From an uncultured virus (IMG/VR IMGVR_UViG_3300007722_002942) (Duplodnaviria; Heunggongvirae; Uroviricota; Caudoviricetes), in the IMG/VR virus record IMGVR_UViG_3300007722_002942: a stretch of DNA of 20,000 nucleotides; one strand, given 5' to 3'. Shown one piece after another: positions 17,596-20,000 of the stretch. The notes under the pieces were generated by a model. It searched no databases, had not been told where the DNA came from, and saw only the letters and a list, made by a program, of their open reading frames with translations. The position numbers were made by a program, and so were the translations under genes. Numbering within the stretch: the first letter of the stretch is position 1; the number at the start of each line of letters is the position of its first letter.

Positions 17596-17650
17596 ATGTG
17601 ATAGAAAAAAAATAGATTATAAATATGTGATAGAAAAATAGATTATAAAT
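17596..17650 (+). repeat. Intergenic tandem direct repeat ATGTGATAG(A8/A5)TAGATTATAAAT x2
   Basis: Units at 17596-17624 and 17625-17650 differ only in A-run length. Confidence 0.9.
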
Positions 17651-17699
17651 ATATTCTTAATGTATCAATATCTGAATGGTGATTTTAAGGAGTAGCGGT

Positions 17700-18071
17700 A
17701 TGAAAAGAGATATGGGATTATTAAGAAAGATTCTTTTTCTTGCAGAGCAAAAAATAGTTCCACTTTCAGTGGATGAAGTATATTTAGAAGATTACGAAAA
17801 AGATATGATTTCATATCACTTCTATTTAGCTGGAGATGCAGGATTAGTAAGATTAGCAGAAGAAGTTAGTCAAAAGACAAAAGGTTTAATTAGACCATAT
17901 ATTTTAGCTATGACATGGATTGGGCATGAATTCATAGACTCATCAAGAGATGAATTGGTTTGGGAAAAAGCAATGCGAAGAATGGTAAAAGTCAGTGGTT
18001 CTATGCCATTTGATGAACTGATGAAATTATTAAAAAATCTTATACATGAAATAATTTATGATAAGAAATAA
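17700..18071 (+). CDS. DUF2513 family protein
   Basis: MKRDMGLLRKIL..ISYH..DAGLV..MTWIGHEFIDSSRDELVWEK matches the family pattern. SD AAGGAG at 17687-17692 favours ATG 17700 over 17676. Confidence 0.8.
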   Translation: MKRDMGLLRKILFLAEQKIVPLSVDEVYLEDYEKDMISYHFYLAGDAGLVRLAEEVSQKTKGLIRPYILAMTWIGHEFIDSSRDELVWEKAMRRMVKVSGSMPFDELMKLLKNLIHEIIYDKK

Positions 18072-18148
18072 ATTATCTCTTAATAATATCACTGAGTTTA
18101 CGGTATTTAATGTGAAGAATTTTCATGATTTTGAATAAGGATAATAAA

Positions 18149-18889
18149 ATGCCAAAAATGTCAAAAATGTCAAAAATGTCAAAAAGGCATCTTTTAATTT
18201 CAAAGAATTCAGAAGGATATTGTAAAATAGGATACAAAGATAGAGATTACTTTGCCACATGGGATGACTACGGAGTTGAGACAGACTATCGCACTGAAAC
18301 CTCTTGTTCAGAAAGCGGTTGTTATGAGGATAATATATGTCGCTGTGGGACTATTTTAGATGCAAAAGTAATAAGTGTTGATATTAGATCAATAGCGAAT
18401 GCTCTTGCAAATAATTCTGATTCTATAATTGACACATATTGCATTGATCGCATTTTAGTTGCAAACCATATCTGGAGCGAAGACTTATGGGATATAGATA
18501 TATCTAATGGGTATTATGGTCAAGAAATGGATGGAGTTTATTTAGACCAATCTCTAGCGGCAAAGTGTGAAGAGCAGATTGAGCATATCCGAAAACTTAA
18601 AGAAAATATGGATAAGATTGAATTTGTTTTAAATTTGGAGTATGGTTATATTCTTGAAGAAGCTAAAAATAGAAAATGGTCTATAGTTAACATACCTTTT
18701 GAAAAATTAGATTTCGGTAAGGATCATTATAGAAAATTAGATAAAAATATTGTTCTTAAATATAAAGATTACTCTTTGCCAAAAGGTATTTGTTTAATAA
18801 AAGGTGATAGATATAGGCTAATCGATGGATACCATAGATGCTCAGCTTCTGAAAAAGATAATATAAATATAGATGTAATTGTTGGTTAA
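18149..18889 (+). CDS. Protein with Cys-rich N-terminal region and C-terminal ParB/Srx-like domain
   Basis: YRLIDGYHR matches the ParB-N DGxHR motif; CSESGC..CRC cluster. SD AAGGA favours ATG 18149, but the start is uncertain. Confidence 0.6.
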   Translation: MPKMSKMSKMSKRHLLISKNSEGYCKIGYKDRDYFATWDDYGVETDYRTETSCSESGCYEDNICRCGTILDAKVISVDIRSIANALANNSDSIIDTYCIDRILVANHIWSEDLWDIDISNGYYGQEMDGVYLDQSLAAKCEEQIEHIRKLKENMDKIEFVLNLEYGYILEEAKNRKWSIVNIPFEKLDFGKDHYRKLDKNIVLKYKDYSLPKGICLIKGDRYRLIDGYHRCSASEKDNINIDVIVG

Positions 18890-19106
18890 AATTTTCTATA
18901 GACAATATATGATGATAAGAATTATACAAGAGTCTGAGGAGTGGCTTGGTAACTTTATAAGCGAGGATGAAACTTTCGTAACGGTTGCGGATATTCAATA
19001 TCCTGATGAAAGAGAATGGGTTATTCCTAGAGATATTGCTAGATTTGAGAAATTAGAGATTATAATAGAGAAAAAGAAATTCCGTTTCAAAAATAAAAAG
19101 AGATAA
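18879..19106 (+). CDS. Small hypothetical protein (start uncertain, possibly 18909)
   Basis: Fills the gap between co-oriented genes; stop lies 2 nt before the next ATG. Confidence 0.5.
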   Translation: MLVKIFYRQYMMIRIIQESEEWLGNFISEDETFVTVADIQYPDEREWVIPRDIARFEKLEIIIEKKKFRFKNKKR

Positions 19107-19108
19107 TT

Positions 19109-19468
19109 ATGACAGATAACACAGATAACGAAGTAATATCTATAGGAGATATAGTTCTTGTAGAAGTAGAAGATGGTATAATGAAAGAAGATGATAAGAG
19201 ATATGACATTGGTATAAGAGATGATTCCAACGGATATTGGCAAATATTTTTTACAGACAATTTTTTTCCAAATGTCTATATTAATAGGAAGTACAAATAT
19301 AATAAGATGATTAAAATACAAGATGGAGATATATCAAAGTATTTTAAGAGTCTTGCTAACGCTTATTATAAATTAAAAAAAGAAGATTTAGATAAGAGTT
19401 ATAAAGAGTTCATAGGGAATATAGGAAATATCATTCCTAAATTGGAAAAGATGAAAATAGGTATGTAA
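19109..19468 (+). CDS. Hypothetical protein
   Basis: Tightly packed co-oriented ORF; no family recognised. Confidence 0.6.
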   Translation: MTDNTDNEVISIGDIVLVEVEDGIMKEDDKRYDIGIRDDSNGYWQIFFTDNFFPNVYINRKYKYNKMIKIQDGDISKYFKSLANAYYKLKKEDLDKSYKEFIGNIGNIIPKLEKMKIGM

Positions 19469-19471
19469 CAA

Positions 19472-19497
19472 AGAGGAAATACTAAATATAAATAGAA
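19472..19497 (+). promoter_or_regulatory. Putative promoter AGAGG-N17-AGAA, 9 nt before ATG 19507
   Basis: Same geometry as the copies at 13847 and 14904(-). Confidence 0.55.
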
Positions 19498-19506
19498 TCT
19501 TAAATT

Positions 19507-19986
19507 ATGATTAAGATGCAAATTTATATATTCATTGTAGCATTAAGTCTTGTTATATTATTTTCTTTTATGGATTCTAATTCCGGAAAAGATACGGAAA
19601 TAGATATAGTAATAACCACTTCTCCTGAAGTTATTTCAAATCCGGTGTATCCAGTAAAAACTGTTGAACTAAATCCGGAATTAACAGACAATTCTAATAA
19701 AGTATGGATTGATAATTTCACAAAAGCTTCCATAAGATCTAATGTATCCGATGCAAGAAAGATAGTAGGTATTCCTAAAGGTATTCCTTTGCATATTCTT
19801 CATGGATGGGCTGTTGCTCATGTTTTAGCTTTTAACGGATTCACTGACGAAGAAAAAATAAGATTCTGTGCCGAAATGTCTATTGAGGTTCTTGATAATG
19901 AGAACATAGAAAGCGATAATCTAAAGAGTAGATTAAAACAAATGATTGGAAGATACGAAGATTTGAAGAACGGAGAAAATAAGTGA
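19507..19986 (+). CDS. Hypothetical protein with N-terminal transmembrane/signal segment
   Basis: Hydrophobic stretch IYIFIVALSLVILFSFM follows a short basic N-terminus. Confidence 0.65.
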   Translation: MIKMQIYIFIVALSLVILFSFMDSNSGKDTEIDIVITTSPEVISNPVYPVKTVELNPELTDNSNKVWIDNFTKASIRSNVSDARKIVGIPKGIPLHILHGWAVAHVLAFNGFTDEEKIRFCAEMSIEVLDNENIESDNLKSRLKQMIGRYEDLKNGENK

Positions 19987-20000
19987 ACTGGTACGCAAGA
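19983..20000 (+). CDS. Start of a gene truncated by the window edge, MNWYAR..
   Basis: GTG overlaps the previous TGA (GTGA), GGAG lies at 19972-19975, and it begins with the same MNWY leader as other genes here. Confidence 0.55.

Noticed and set aside
18756..19733. Minus-strand ORFs 18756-18998, 18995-19321 and 19524-19733
   Set aside because: They overlap better-supported, tightly packed plus-strand genes and have no recognisable features.
1..20000. Stop-codon reassignment as seen in some large phages
   Set aside because: Standard-code ORFs are long and tile the window densely with sensible gene boundaries.

Overview
AT-rich window from a large tailed dsDNA phage (Caudoviricetes-like), read in the standard genetic code. 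Positions 1-12950 are a head-morphogenesis module: unknown 726-aa protein, portal carrying a C-terminal DUF559-like nuclease domain, small hypothetical, 2053-aa prohead protease/scaffold, capsid decoration-like protein, 290-aa HK97-fold major capsid protein, and a terminator. Positions 13100-20000 are accessory genes: a divergent capsid paralogue with a Tat-like leader, a KTSC-like protein ending in QLSLF, a tandem SH3-like repeat protein, a UvrD-like helicase, DUF2513, a ParB-like protein and small hypotheticals. Two cross-gene patterns stand out. (1) Unrelated proteins share a short N-terminal leader (MNWYK/MNWFKKYA/FNLKKxA), and K-x-A-[S/Q] motifs recur through the head proteins. This suggests a capsid-targeting and protease-maturation system that loads cargo, including a helicase and a clamp-binding protein, into the virion. 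(2) A recurring RRAGG-N17/18-[AC][GT]AA promoter-like motif sits exactly 9 nt before the ATG of three genes, implying leaderless mRNAs. All family assignments are by-eye motif recognition; no searches were run.
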